This document shows, in pieces, positions 40,561 to 50,288 of a stretch of DNA of 64,000 bases. The stretch spans positions 3,084 through 67,083 of the forward strand of contig JADFYJ010000001.1 in assembly GCA_015233115.1 (NCBI GenBank). The letters run 5' to 3'. Source of the stretch: Candidatus Omnitrophota bacterium (lineage in GTDB: Bacteria; Omnitrophota; Gorgyraeia; Zapsychrales; Zapsychraceae). Each line of letters begins with the position of its first letter. Positions within the stretch are counted from its first letter, which is position 1. A program made the position numbers and the translations under genes. Under the pieces are notes generated by a model, which ran no database searches, was not told the DNA's origin, and saw only the letters and a list, made by a program, of their open reading frames with translations.

Positions 40561-40697
40561 GGTAGGGATGTGTGCAATGGGCGTCGTTTCAACCAAGTCC
40601 TTCGCTCAAACAGCAGCTCCTAAGCGGAGCTGAACTCGCTCGGGGACTTGGTTTTCACTCTGCCTGAGCAAGCGCAAGGTTTGTGGCATGCAAACTA
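40561..40697 (+). repeat. R1 structured element, copy 4 (divergent flanks, conserved central hairpin)
   Basis: ...tttcaaccaagtccttcgctcaaacagcagctcctaagcggagctgaactcgctcggggacttggttttcac... Confidence 0.7.
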
Positions 40698-40716
40698 AAA
40701 TTTAGAAAATAAAGCT

Positions 40717-42222
40717 ATGAATAAAGTAATTAAATTAGGAAAGGTTTATCTCGTCGGTGCTGGTCCTGGTGACCCTGGTCTTATCACTGTTAAGGCACTC
40801 GCCTGCGTTCAGACTGCTGACGTGATTTTGTATGATAAATTGATTGACACCAGCATATTAAAATATTGTAAAACTGGCGCGGTCATCAAATATGTCGGTA
40901 AAGAAAAAGGGAAGATCTTACAGCAAGAAGCGATCAATGAGTTGTTGCTAGGGTATGCTCGTGAAGGTAAAACTGTAGCGCGGCTTAAAGGCGGAGACCC
41001 GTTTATTTTTGGCCGCGGGCAGGAAGAAATGATTTTTCTGAAAAGTTATGGTATTGACTGTGAAGTGATACCGGGTGTGAGTTCATTTTATGCTGTTCCT
41101 GAAGTGTGTGGCATCCCGCTCACCCATCGGGACATTTCCAGCGGATTTATGGTATTAACCGGGCATGAAAAGCCGGGTAAAAATGTTGAAAATGTTGAAT
41201 GGAAGCATGCGGCTAAATTTCAAGGCACGATTGTAATAATGATGGGATTGTCAAATCTGGCTGAGCTTACGGCTAAATTGCTTAAATATGGGAAAGACGG
41301 TAGAACTTTGGCAGCGGTTATTGCGCATGGATCCACCCCCCAACAGGAAGTTGTAGTTGGGACGCTGGCAGATATTGCGTATAAATCCCGGAATTTCAGT
41401 TCTCCGGCTATTTGTGTCATTGGCTCTGTGGTGAAAGTTGGTTTCGCCTTAAATCCGGATTTAAAACCGCTTTTGAATAAACGCTATTTATCTACGGCGA
41501 GTGAAGATCTTAACCGGGATTTGTCAGCTATTTTAGAACGATGGGGCGCTAAAGTGGAATGTTTGCCTATGATTCGAATTGAAGAAAATTCTGATACTGT
41601 TTTGATGGATCAAATTATTGCGGATCCTAAAAAGTTTGACTGGCTGGTTTTTACATCGCGACATGGCGTTCAGTATTTTTTTAAAAGATTTTATGTGTTA
41701 AAAGGGAAAATAGGAAGTTTGAAGGGACGAGTGGCATGCGTCGGGACAGGTACAGCCAAAGAATTCTCTAAATGTGGAATACAACCGGATTTGATGCCTG
41801 CCATATTTACAACCAAAGACTTGGGTTTGGCTTTATTGGAAAAAGGCGTTAAAGGGAAAAAATTAGCTTTAATCCGCACGCAGATGGACAAGGATCCTTT
41901 AAAGAAAATGTTGAAGAAAGCCGGTGCTGATATCACAGATTGTTTTGCTTACAACGTCGCGGATACCAATGATAAAACAGCATTAAAAAACGCGGTTATG
42001 CAAAAACCCGACGGTATTTTCTTTTTAAGCCCTAGATCTGTGCGGGTATTTTTTGAACTGCTGTCAACTAAAGATCTTGAACCAGTTAAAAAATCGAGTT
42101 TATTTTTTTCAATCGGTACAGTCACAACTCAGGCATTAAAAAAACAGGGTGTTAAAAATGTTATACCTGCTAAAGAACATACAGTACAGGGGTTGGTAGA
42201 ACTCTGTTTAGGAGGAAACTAA
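40717..42222 (+). CDS. cobA/hemD: bifunctional uroporphyrinogen-III C-methyltransferase / uroporphyrinogen-III synthase
   Basis: N-terminal SUMT (VYLVGAGPGDPGLITVKA, RLKGGDPFIFGRG), C-terminal HemD fold. Confidence 0.9.
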   Translation: MNKVIKLGKVYLVGAGPGDPGLITVKALACVQTADVILYDKLIDTSILKYCKTGAVIKYVGKEKGKILQQEAINELLLGYAREGKTVARLKGGDPFIFGRGQEEMIFLKSYGIDCEVIPGVSSFYAVPEVCGIPLTHRDISSGFMVLTGHEKPGKNVENVEWKHAAKFQGTIVIMMGLSNLAELTAKLLKYGKDGRTLAAVIAHGSTPQQEVVVGTLADIAYKSRNFSSPAICVIGSVVKVGFALNPDLKPLLNKRYLSTASEDLNRDLSAILERWGAKVECLPMIRIEENSDTVLMDQIIADPKKFDWLVFTSRHGVQYFFKRFYVLKGKIGSLKGRVACVGTGTAKEFSKCGIQPDLMPAIFTTKDLGLALLEKGVKGKKLALIRTQMDKDPLKKMLKKAGADITDCFAYNVADTNDKTALKNAVMQKPDGIFFLSPRSVRVFFELLSTKDLEPVKKSSLFFSIGTVTTQALKKQGVKNVIPAKEHTVQGLVELCLGGN

Positions 42223-43328
42223 TGATTCCATGTAGTAAAATCATGCGCGGTGAGCGTAGTGTTCATAATGAACGGAAAACCGGGCCGCTTTTTGTTTGGA
42301 ACGTGATTAGCCGATGTAACCTTTTGTGCAGTCATTGTTATCGTGATTCACAGGCCGGTATGGAAGCGCCTGATCTGTCTGATGAAAAATGTTTAGAATT
42401 AGTCAGCCAGATTAAAGCTGTCAATCCGCCGATCGTGCTTTTGACCGGAGGGGAACCGCTTTTAAGAAAAAATATTTTTGATTTGATCAAAGAATGCAAG
42501 AATCAAGGTTTACGGGTCGGGCTTTCCACCAATGGCACCTTAATAGACAAAAGTATGGCACAAAAAATCAGCCAAGCCGGAGTTGATTATGTAGGGATCA
42601 GTATTGACGGGAAAAAAGAACATCATGATGTGTTCCGCGGATCAAAAGGTGCGTATGATGCCAGCTGGGCAGGGCTCAAGATATTAAATGAGTTAGGCGT
42701 TAAAACCGGTGTGCGTTTTACTTTGACTGCTGCTAACAGTGGCGATCTTATGGACATTCTGGAAAAAACCGTAGCTAGCGGATGTAAACGTTTTTGCCTG
42801 TATCATTTGGTCTATGCCGGCCGCGCGTCTAAAGATTTGGATATGACTGTCAAAGCGAAGCGGGACATTTTAAAAATATTTTTTACAAAAGTAAAAGAGT
42901 TATCCGCGAAAGATCCGAGTTTTGATGTGTTGACCACAGATAATCCGGCAGATGGAATTTTTATGTCAAAGATTATTGATGATGGCGAAGCGGCCATGTC
43001 CTGCATAATGGCGCACGGTGGCTGTTCAGCCGGTGACCGGGTGGTATATCTGGATTCAACCGGTGATGTTTATCCTTGCCAGTTTTTGCGCGATCATTCG
43101 TTGGGTAATGTGAAAGATCAGACATTTTTAGAAATATGGGAAAATCATAGCAATGAATTTTTACAGCAGTTAAGGAATAAAAAAGGATTGTTGCAAGGTG
43201 TTTGCGGTGAATGTGCGCACAAAGGCATTTGCGGCGGATGCCGCGCCCGTGCCAAAGCTTTTCACGGTTCCCTATGGGCAGAAGATCCGGCATGCTATTT
43301 GAATGAAAATGAAAAAAATGGTGTCTGA
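42222..43328 (+). CDS. radical SAM / SPASM protein of the alternative heme pathway (AhbC/AhbD/NirJ family)
   Basis: CNLLCSHCY radical SAM cluster motif; C-terminal CGEC..C..GC SPASM cysteines; position inside the heme operon. Confidence 0.75.
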   Translation: MIPCSKIMRGERSVHNERKTGPLFVWNVISRCNLLCSHCYRDSQAGMEAPDLSDEKCLELVSQIKAVNPPIVLLTGGEPLLRKNIFDLIKECKNQGLRVGLSTNGTLIDKSMAQKISQAGVDYVGISIDGKKEHHDVFRGSKGAYDASWAGLKILNELGVKTGVRFTLTAANSGDLMDILEKTVASGCKRFCLYHLVYAGRASKDLDMTVKAKRDILKIFFTKVKELSAKDPSFDVLTTDNPADGIFMSKIIDDGEAAMSCIMAHGGCSAGDRVVYLDSTGDVYPCQFLRDHSLGNVKDQTFLEIWENHSNEFLQQLRNKKGLLQGVCGECAHKGICGGCRARAKAFHGSLWAEDPACYLNENEKNGV

Positions 43329-43421
43329 TCTCGATTGGAAATTGACGCCAAGCATTTAACCGGCGATAATTTTTTCTTTCGAGCAATTTGTTTCAAGTCG
43401 AGATCTGACACCATTTTTTAT
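43313..43421 (+). terminator. large hairpin element (arms ~22 nt) followed by a T-run, terminator-like, copy 1
   Basis: aaaaaatggtgtctgatctcga ... tcgagatctgacaccatttttta; the first arm overlaps the last codons of the radical SAM gene. Confidence 0.5.
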
Positions 43422-43424
43422 AAA

Positions 43425-43545
43425 GCGCGCGGTAGGGCGGTTTGCATTTAAACCAAATCATTCGCTCAAACAGCAGCTCCGAAGCGGAGCTGAACTCGCT
43501 CGGTGATTTGGTTTCAACGCTAACCTTGGATTTGGGCACGCGGTT
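43425..43545 (+). repeat. R1 structured element, copy 5
   Basis: gcgcgcggtagggcggtttgcatttaaaccaaatcattcgctcaaacagcagctccgaagcggagctgaactcgctcggtgatttggtttcaacgctaacc...ggcacgcggtt. Confidence 0.85.
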
Positions 43546-43580
43546 AATGAAATGTTTTTAAAAATTTATGAGAATTAATT

Positions 43581-44549
43581 ATGACTAATCATATGCCTAC
43601 CCGATTAAGACGTTCAGTCTCCATTCGGAATCTTGTCCGTGAGACTCGATTGGCTAAAGAAAATTTGGTCATGCCTTTGTTTTTTAAAGAAGGGAAGGGC
43701 GTTGAACCGATTGAGTCTATGCCGGGCATTGGTAAAATGTCACAGGACGCGCTTTTAAAAGAAGTTGAAAAACTGCAAAAGGCTGGGATCAAATCTATTT
43801 TGTTGTTTGGGTCAACCTCTTGCAAGGATGCGGATGGCACTTTAAGTTATGATGAAAAAAGTCCTTTTCATACGACGTTGCGCGCGATTAGAAAAGCCAG
43901 TGATATGGTGATTATCGCGGATGTTTGTTTGTGCGCGTACACGGATCACGGACATTGCGGTGTTTTGACGGCAGGTCCTAAAAATCGACGGATTGATAAT
44001 GCGAAAACTTTAGAGACTTTTGCGAAAGTGGCGGTATCTTATGCGAAGGCCGGTGTTGACATGGTGGCACCGTCAGCTATGGCAGATGGGCAAGTGAAAG
44101 CGCTCCGTACGGCATTAGATAAAAATGGATGTTCTCAAACTTTGATTATGAGCTATGCCGTTAAATATGCGTCGAGCTTTTATGGGCCGTTCCGGGATAT
44201 TTATGATTCCTCTCCTGAATTTGGTGACAGGAAAACCTATCAAATGGATCCGGGCAATAAACGTGAAGCTTTGCGGGAAGCATTGTTGGATGTGAAAGAA
44301 GGCGCGGATATTATCATGGTTAAACCGGCTTTGACATATTTGGACATAATCAGCGCGGTGCGTGAAAAGGTGAATGTCCCGGTCGCCGCGTACAATGTGA
44401 GCGGGGAATATTCCATGATCAAAGCGGCAGGTTTAAAAGGCTGGCTGGATGAGAAATCCGCAGCTTTGGAAATTTTGACGTCTATCAAACGCGCAGGCGC
44501 GGATATGATTATTACGTATTGGGCCAAGGAGGCAGCCGCGTGGATTTAA
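43581..44549 (+). CDS. hemB: porphobilinogen synthase (ALA dehydratase)
   Basis: RLRR...R N-terminus, metal-site Cys cluster (CLCAYTDHGHCG), active-site Lys regions. Confidence 0.95.
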   Translation: MTNHMPTRLRRSVSIRNLVRETRLAKENLVMPLFFKEGKGVEPIESMPGIGKMSQDALLKEVEKLQKAGIKSILLFGSTSCKDADGTLSYDEKSPFHTTLRAIRKASDMVIIADVCLCAYTDHGHCGVLTAGPKNRRIDNAKTLETFAKVAVSYAKAGVDMVAPSAMADGQVKALRTALDKNGCSQTLIMSYAVKYASSFYGPFRDIYDSSPEFGDRKTYQMDPGNKREALREALLDVKEGADIIMVKPALTYLDIISAVREKVNVPVAAYNVSGEYSMIKAAGLKGWLDEKSAALEILTSIKRAGADMIITYWAKEAAAWI

Positions 44550-45544
44550 AACCCAGAATTATTTTTTGGGAAACAACAAATCAATGCAATTTGCAATGCT
44601 GTCATTGCCGGATGTCAAAAAACAAATCCGGTATAGAGCTGAATACGGCTGAAGCGTTTAAATTTATTAAAGAGCTGAAAGATAACTTTGGGCCGGTTAT
44701 TTTAGTGCTGAGCGGAGGGGAACCGCTATTGCGGACAGATATTTTTGATATCATTGCCTTTGCTAAAGAACAGGGAATAACGACTGCGTTGGCAACGAAT
44801 GGGACCCTTCTGGGCCTTGAACAAGCATTGAAATTAAAAGCATTGGGGATCAATCGGGTGAGTTTGAGCCTTGATTCTGTCATAGAAAAAATACATGACG
44901 CGGCTCGTGGGTGTTTAGGGGCTTTTAAAAAGACTAACGATGCTGCTGATATTTTGCACCAACAGGGCATTCCGTTTCAAATTAATTATACGGTGACTAA
45001 GGCGAATAAAAACGATCTGCGTGCTGTTGCTGAATTGGCTTTGTCCATTGGCGCGTGTGCTGTGCATTATTTTATTTTGGTTCCGGTGGGCTGCGGCAAA
45101 GAAATTGAAAAAGAAGCTATGCTGGACGCGGAAGATAATGAGCAAGTATTAGGCATAATCAAAGGTCTGGCCGAAGAATTTTCAATTGAGATCCGCCCAA
45201 CTTGTGCGCCTCAATACGCACGTCTGGTTCGACGCGCTTCGCTTGCTCACCATAGTATGGCGAGCGGATGTTTGGCAGGCACAGGGACGTTTTTTATTTC
45301 ATCGTATGGTGACATTTATCCGTGCGGATATTTACCGGTTAAGGCTGGATCAATTCGCGAAAGTTCCATAGCAGAAATTTGGCAAAATTCGCTAGTATTT
45401 AATAATTTACGAACCAATGATCTTAAAGGCGGTTGTTCAACTTGCGGTGTAAAAGAAAAGTGCAGAGGATGCAGAGCCAGAGCCTATGGCGTGACCGGAG
45501 ATTATATGGCCGGTGATGTGACGTGCGTTTTATCAAAGCGTTAA
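44519..45544 (+). CDS. radical SAM / SPASM protein of the alternative heme pathway (AhbD/AhbC/NirJ family)
   Basis: CNLQCCHC cluster motif, SGGEPLLR, C-terminal CSTCG..C.GC SPASM; the exact start is uncertain (31-nt overlap with hemB; GTG at 44539 is an alternative). Confidence 0.75.
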   Translation: MGQGGSRVDLKPRIIFWETTNQCNLQCCHCRMSKNKSGIELNTAEAFKFIKELKDNFGPVILVLSGGEPLLRTDIFDIIAFAKEQGITTALATNGTLLGLEQALKLKALGINRVSLSLDSVIEKIHDAARGCLGAFKKTNDAADILHQQGIPFQINYTVTKANKNDLRAVAELALSIGACAVHYFILVPVGCGKEIEKEAMLDAEDNEQVLGIIKGLAEEFSIEIRPTCAPQYARLVRRASLAHHSMASGCLAGTGTFFISSYGDIYPCGYLPVKAGSIRESSIAEIWQNSLVFNNLRTNDLKGGCSTCGVKEKCRGCRARAYGVTGDYMAGDVTCVLSKR

Positions 45545-45550
45545 TTTTGA

Positions 45551-45650
45551 CGCAGGCGATCAGGAGATCGCCCCTACGAAAAATGCGTTGTTTTAATAAT
45601 ATCATCGCGGTTGTACGGGCGATCTCCCGATCGCCCGTAACAAAAGTATC
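45551..45650. repeat. palindromic TIR element (copy C)
   Basis: gcaggcgatcaggagatcgcccctacga ... gtacgggcgatctcccgatcgcccgtaacaaaagtatcg. Confidence 0.7.
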
Positions 45651-45673
45651 GTTTTTGTTTTATTATAAAATTT

Positions 45674-46147
45674 ATGAGAAGCCTTTGTATGGACCCAAAA
45701 ACGACAGAAATTTTATCTGCTTTGCAGAATGGATTGCCTATATGTGCTCAACCTTTTCAAGCTTTAGCAGACCAAGTCGGGTTAACAGAACAGGATGTTA
45801 TTTCGCGGATTGAATGGCTGTGTAAAAATAAATATCTAAAACGGGTCGGTTTTAGCTTTAATACTCATAAACTCGGGTTGGTGAGTACGTTAGCGGCTTG
45901 TCAGATACCTAAAAACGATCTTAACCGCTGCCAAAAGGTTATCGCGGCATGCGGCAATATTACTCATAATTATTTGCGTAAACATAGTCTTAATATGTGG
46001 TTTACTGTTACAGCGCCATCGAAGAGCAAATTAGCGGTTATTTTAGATAAACTCAAACATGATTTAAAAATTGAGGAAATTATCAGTCTGCCTACAGAAA
46101 AATTATATAAACTGCGGTTCAAATTAAATGTTGAAAATGTTGAATAA
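45674..46147 (+). CDS. ahbA: siroheme decarboxylase subunit (AhbA/NirD-L-like, AsnC-type fold)
   Basis: N-terminal wHTH (ILSALQNGLPICAQPFQALADQVGLTEQDVISRI) + RAM-like domain; paired with a paralog. Confidence 0.7.
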   Translation: MRSLCMDPKTTEILSALQNGLPICAQPFQALADQVGLTEQDVISRIEWLCKNKYLKRVGFSFNTHKLGLVSTLAACQIPKNDLNRCQKVIAACGNITHNYLRKHSLNMWFTVTAPSKSKLAVILDKLKHDLKIEEIISLPTEKLYKLRFKLNVENVE

Positions 46148-46622
46148 AAAAGAAAAGCAAATTATCGCGTATTTTTCCGTTCATGATCTTGAATTTTCTT
46201 CAAATCCGTTCGCGAAAGCGGCCAAGACTTTGGACTTGACCGAAGTTGAGCTTATTGATATACTTACGAACCTGCAAAAAAGCGGATTTATTAAGCATTT
46301 GAGCGGGGTGTTGAACCATCGAAAAAATGGTTATAAAGCTAACGCGTTAATCGCTTGGCGATTATATTTATCGTCTAAGAACGTGAAAAATAGTCAATTT
46401 ATTGACTTGATTATGGGTGACGATCGTATTTCTCATTTTTACCAGCGGACACCGGACAAGCTTTTTAAATATAATATATATTCTATGATGCACGCGAAGG
46501 CCAAAAAAGAAATTACTGATTTTGTTAAGAAAACATCCCGAGAATTTGACCTTGATTATGAGATTTTATTCACTGAAAAAGAACTTAAAAAAGAAAAACT
46601 TAACTTGGGGGAAATGCTATGA
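46128..46622 (+). CDS. ahbB: siroheme decarboxylase subunit (AhbB/NirG-H-like)
   Basis: paralog of the preceding ORF (IIAYFSVHDLEFSSNPFAKAAKTLDLTEVELIDIL). Confidence 0.7.
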   Translation: MLKMLNKKEKQIIAYFSVHDLEFSSNPFAKAAKTLDLTEVELIDILTNLQKSGFIKHLSGVLNHRKNGYKANALIAWRLYLSSKNVKNSQFIDLIMGDDRISHFYQRTPDKLFKYNIYSMMHAKAKKEITDFVKKTSREFDLDYEILFTEKELKKEKLNLGEML

Positions 46623-47911
46623 TCGCGCTTAAGCATTCCAACAGGTTATTAAAACGCGGCGCGCAAAGTCTTATCGGCAGTGTGAATTCTCCGGTTCGCA
46701 GTTTTAAAGCTGTGAATACAGATATGCTATTTGCCCAAAAAGCTTATGGTCCATTTATTTGCGATATAGATGGCAATAAATATATTGATTATATTATGAG
46801 CTGGGGCGCGGCTATTTTAGGACATGCTTTTAAGCCTGTTGTTGATGAGGCAATTCTGGCTGTTAAAAATGGTTCGAGTTTTGGTTTAGCTACTGAACAG
46901 GAAATCCAACTAGCTGAAATTATCAAACGAAATTATTCTAGCATAGATAAAATTCGTTTTACTGCTTCTGGCACCGAAGCTTGCATGACCGCTGTGCGTT
47001 TAGCCCGCGCGTTTACCGGCAAAACGAAAATTATAAAATTCGACGGTTGTTATCATGGACACTTTGACAGTCTTTTAGTCAAAAGCGGTTCCGGAAATTT
47101 GACTTTGGGTATTCCGTCTGGCGAGGGGATTTTACCGGCCTATAGCCGCGATACTGTTTCAATTTCTTTTAATGATATTGAGCTTTTTAAAAAAGCTGTT
47201 GAAGTTAATAAAAAAGATTTGGCTTGCGTGATTGTTGAACCTGTTCCGTGTAATACCGGCGTCATTCTTCCGCAAACGGGATTTTTAAAAGCTTTAGCAA
47301 AGATTTGTAAAGATAATCAAGTTGTTTTGATATTTGATGAGGTGGTGACGGGTTTCCGGTTATCACTCAAAGGCGCCCAAGGATTGTTCGGGGTGAAGCC
47401 TGACTTAACGTGTTTTGGTAAAATTATCGGCGGTGGTTTTCCGATTGGCGCTGTTGCCGGACGAAAAGAAATTATGGATCTTTTAGCGCCGGTTGGCGGC
47501 GTTTATCAAGCCGGTACTTTTTCCGGGAATCCGGTGTCGATTTCAGCCGGGATCAAAGCGTTAGAATGTTTGGAAAAAAATAAAAAAATTTACATAGATC
47601 TTGAGCAGAAAACCGCTGCCTTGGTTTCGGTCATTAAACATGAAGCCGAAGCGAATGGTATTAAAGTGACGATCAACACCATAGGCTCGGTTTTTTCGAT
47701 TTTTTTTACTGATCACGAAGTAAGGTCATACGCGGATACGCTGGACGTGGACAAAGCATTTTACGCTGATTTTTTCGCGCAACTTTGTCAGGAAGGCGTG
47801 CTGTTTCCGCCGTCAGCATTTGAGGCCTGTTTTCTGTCACAAGCGCATAGTGACGCGGTGATTGGACAAACCGCTAAAGCTGTTAAAAAGATTTTTCGCA
47901 TGAGGAGATAG
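46619..47911 (+). CDS. hemL: glutamate-1-semialdehyde 2,1-aminomutase
   Basis: GSVNSPVRSF, PLP-lysine region FGKIIGGGFPIGA, 430 aa. Confidence 0.95.
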   Translation: MIALKHSNRLLKRGAQSLIGSVNSPVRSFKAVNTDMLFAQKAYGPFICDIDGNKYIDYIMSWGAAILGHAFKPVVDEAILAVKNGSSFGLATEQEIQLAEIIKRNYSSIDKIRFTASGTEACMTAVRLARAFTGKTKIIKFDGCYHGHFDSLLVKSGSGNLTLGIPSGEGILPAYSRDTVSISFNDIELFKKAVEVNKKDLACVIVEPVPCNTGVILPQTGFLKALAKICKDNQVVLIFDEVVTGFRLSLKGAQGLFGVKPDLTCFGKIIGGGFPIGAVAGRKEIMDLLAPVGGVYQAGTFSGNPVSISAGIKALECLEKNKKIYIDLEQKTAALVSVIKHEAEANGIKVTINTIGSVFSIFFTDHEVRSYADTLDVDKAFYADFFAQLCQEGVLFPPSAFEACFLSQAHSDAVIGQTAKAVKKIFRMRR

Positions 47912-47913
47912 GT

Positions 47914-48189
47914 ATGAAAGCGTCAAGTGTATTTAAGATCATCGCGATATTTTTTGTGGTAATGCTAGCCGGTATGTTTATTTTTGAAAATATTGATCCT
48001 GTACCGATTTGGATTCCATTTTTTAAAGGCCGTCGTTTCGGGCTGATTTTTATTATTTTGGCTTCTTATATTTTGGGAGTGCTTACCGCAGTTTGGGTTA
48101 TGAAACGAATTGGCGCGAATATGAAAAAACAAATAAAATTGCGCGAATTGGCTGAAGAAGAAGAGGAGTTGTTTGAAGATGAAGCATAA
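47914..48189 (+). CDS. small membrane protein (LapA/DUF1049-like) with acidic tail
   Basis: two TM, C-terminal EEEEELFEDEA; GAGGAG RBS. Confidence 0.45.
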   Translation: MKASSVFKIIAIFFVVMLAGMFIFENIDPVPIWIPFFKGRRFGLIFIILASYILGVLTAVWVMKRIGANMKKQIKLRELAEEEEELFEDEA

Positions 48190-49069
48190 GGGACCTAAAA
48201 CTCCACAAAAATGTGAGTCATGCGCGCGGAATACTATTTTAGCCGGTCTTTTAGCAAATTTTTTTCTTGCGGCTTTTAAGCTTTTTGTTGGTTTTTTGGG
48301 ACGCAGCCGCGCTTTGATCGGAAGCGGTTTATGCAACTTGAGCGATGTGGGTTCGTCGTTTGTGGTTATCATTGGTATCAAATTTTCCAAGAAGCCGGCA
48401 GACCATCGTTATCCATATGGATATGGTAAAGTCGAGTTTATCGCTCAAGTCGTCATGAGCGTTACCATGATTTTGGGTACAGTTGCGCTTATTTTAAGCT
48501 CGTTCATTGTCATTGCTAAACGGACGCTGGTGGTTCAGCATATGGTGGTATTTTTTGTGGCTATTTTGAGCGCCATCATTAATGCTTTGCTTTTTAAATT
48601 TTCACATTGCGGCAGTAAAGAGCTTAATAGCCCGTCGTTAAAGGCGCATGCTGAACATAACAAGATTGACGTTATTTCTTCTTTACTGGTTGCGATCGGG
48701 GTTATTGTGACCCGTAAAGGTATGCATTGGGTTGATCCAGCAATTGCTATTTTCGAGTGCGCCCATGTTTTGCATGGCAGTATGGGTATTTTAAAAGAGG
48801 GGCTTAAAGGGATTATGGATACCAATCTTCCTGACAGCTATCTGGAAAACGTAAAAAATACTGTTTTACGGGTTAAAGGGGTTAACAAAGTAAATCTGGT
48901 TAAAGGCCGCCAGTCTGGACGGCATATTGTGTTAAACATTATCATGCAATTGAACCCTGATATTACGGTTCTGGACGCTAAGAAGATTAATCAGTCAGTA
49001 AAAGCCTATTTACGCGGTGAAGATAAACATATTGGTAACATTTCAATACAGGTCGTTCCAGCAGAGTAA
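48179..49069 (+). CDS. cation diffusion facilitator (CDF) transporter, MamB/MamM-like
   Basis: 6 TM with a CDF metal site (H/D in TM2/TM5: ...NLSDVGSS..., ...SLLVAIGV...), C-terminal cytoplasmic domain; ATG 48179 chosen (TTG 48173 possible). Confidence 0.75.
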   Translation: MKHKGPKTPQKCESCARNTILAGLLANFFLAAFKLFVGFLGRSRALIGSGLCNLSDVGSSFVVIIGIKFSKKPADHRYPYGYGKVEFIAQVVMSVTMILGTVALILSSFIVIAKRTLVVQHMVVFFVAILSAIINALLFKFSHCGSKELNSPSLKAHAEHNKIDVISSLLVAIGVIVTRKGMHWVDPAIAIFECAHVLHGSMGILKEGLKGIMDTNLPDSYLENVKNTVLRVKGVNKVNLVKGRQSGRHIVLNIIMQLNPDITVLDAKKINQSVKAYLRGEDKHIGNISIQVVPAE

Positions 49070-49320
49070 CAAAGTAACCGAGTAACAGAGTAACAGAGAA
49101 AAAGCGGTTATAGGGATAGGCGATGATTAGAAAAGCGATTGGTTTGAAGTAAAACGATAAATAAATAAGGTGAAAATTGCTTTATTTTAATTTATAAATT
49201 GTGAAATTGAATTTATGAGATTTCTTGTTTGATAATTTTTGTCGATAGTTTTTGCTTTTTTGTTTTTTTACTCGGTTACTAGGTTACCCGGTTACTTTGT
49301 TACTTTTAAGTTAGGATAAG
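49066..49320. repeat. GTNAC octamer-array cassette bracketing an AT-rich spacer
   Basis: gtaacaaagtaaccgagtaacagagtaacagag+gaaaaagcggtt ... ttttactcggttactaggttacccggttactttgttact; right array ends ~15 nt before the ATG. Confidence 0.75.
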
Positions 49321-49322
49321 CC

Positions 49323-50237
49323 ATGGAAGATAAATGTGTCAGATGCGCGAAGACGGTTCCCTGGATGGTTTTAATGGGGAATTTGACGCTGTCTATTTTT
49401 CAGATTTATATTGGATACGCGGCTAAGTCAAAAGGTTTGGTCGCTGACGGGATCCATTCTGGAACAGACGTGGTCACGACCATCATGGTTATTATCACCG
49501 TCGCGCTTTCGAGTCACAAAGATGATAAAAAATACCCTTGGGGTTTAGGAAAATCTGAATTTCTGGGTGCAGTTTTTGCTTATATTTTATTATTAGGTAT
49601 CGCATTAATGATTTTGATTGACGCGATCCATGTGATCATGAGCGGGGTGATTAATCCGCCGCACATGGCCGCTTTTTTTGCGGCTTTGGTGGCCATCATC
49701 TCGAATTATATTTTATCGTCGTATGGATTTTGCGCTGGGAAGAAAATGAATTCGCCGGCTTTAATTGCTAACGCTCAGGAAAACCGCTCTGATATGTTAT
49801 CGAGTATCGCGGTTTTAGTTGGGGTTTTTGCCGCCAACATTGGCTTTCCGATTGTCGACGCGTTAGCTGCTGTTCTGGTTGGTTTAATGATTGCCAAGTC
49901 TGCGGTGACTTTAGGCTTGCAGGCTTACAAAAATTTAATTGACGAATCTTTGCCCGGAGATAAAGAAAAAATTCTTGAGAAAGCAGTTATGCAGTATAAA
50001 GAGGTTAAGGGCGTTAATTATATTCACGTCCGCCGTGTTGGGCAAAAAGCGTGGATTGACATGGAGATTATTATTGATCACAAACGGACAGTAAAGGAAG
50101 GCCACGCGATCGCCCGAGAAATACGTCAGGCACTTATGCGGAAGTACAGTCAGATAAAAGACGTCACGATTTCTTTTACATGCAAAGAAGTTCAAGGAGT
50201 AAAAGGGATTAGAAAAGAAATAGTCATCGCGAAATAA
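49323..50237 (+). CDS. cation diffusion facilitator (CDF) transporter, MamM/MamB-like
   Basis: paralog of the preceding CDF (HSGTDVVTT..., ...DMLSSIAVLVGV...); 304 aa. Confidence 0.75.
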   Translation: MEDKCVRCAKTVPWMVLMGNLTLSIFQIYIGYAAKSKGLVADGIHSGTDVVTTIMVIITVALSSHKDDKKYPWGLGKSEFLGAVFAYILLLGIALMILIDAIHVIMSGVINPPHMAAFFAALVAIISNYILSSYGFCAGKKMNSPALIANAQENRSDMLSSIAVLVGVFAANIGFPIVDALAAVLVGLMIAKSAVTLGLQAYKNLIDESLPGDKEKILEKAVMQYKEVKGVNYIHVRRVGQKAWIDMEIIIDHKRTVKEGHAIAREIRQALMRKYSQIKDVTISFTCKEVQGVKGIRKEIVIAK

Positions 50238-50288
50238 AGTAGCAGAGCAAAAGCGAATGATTAAAGAATGAAAAAGCGATCAGGAAAA

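Noticed and set aside
42973-43386. 137-aa minus-strand ORF overlapping the radical SAM gene end and hairpin element
   Set aside because: It has no RBS, is antisense to a conserved SPASM domain, and spans the palindromic terminator-like repeat.
48173-48178. TTG start for the first CDF gene as given by the ORF track
   Set aside because: The ATG two codons downstream (48179) is preferred, but this is undecided. Both give the same protein body.
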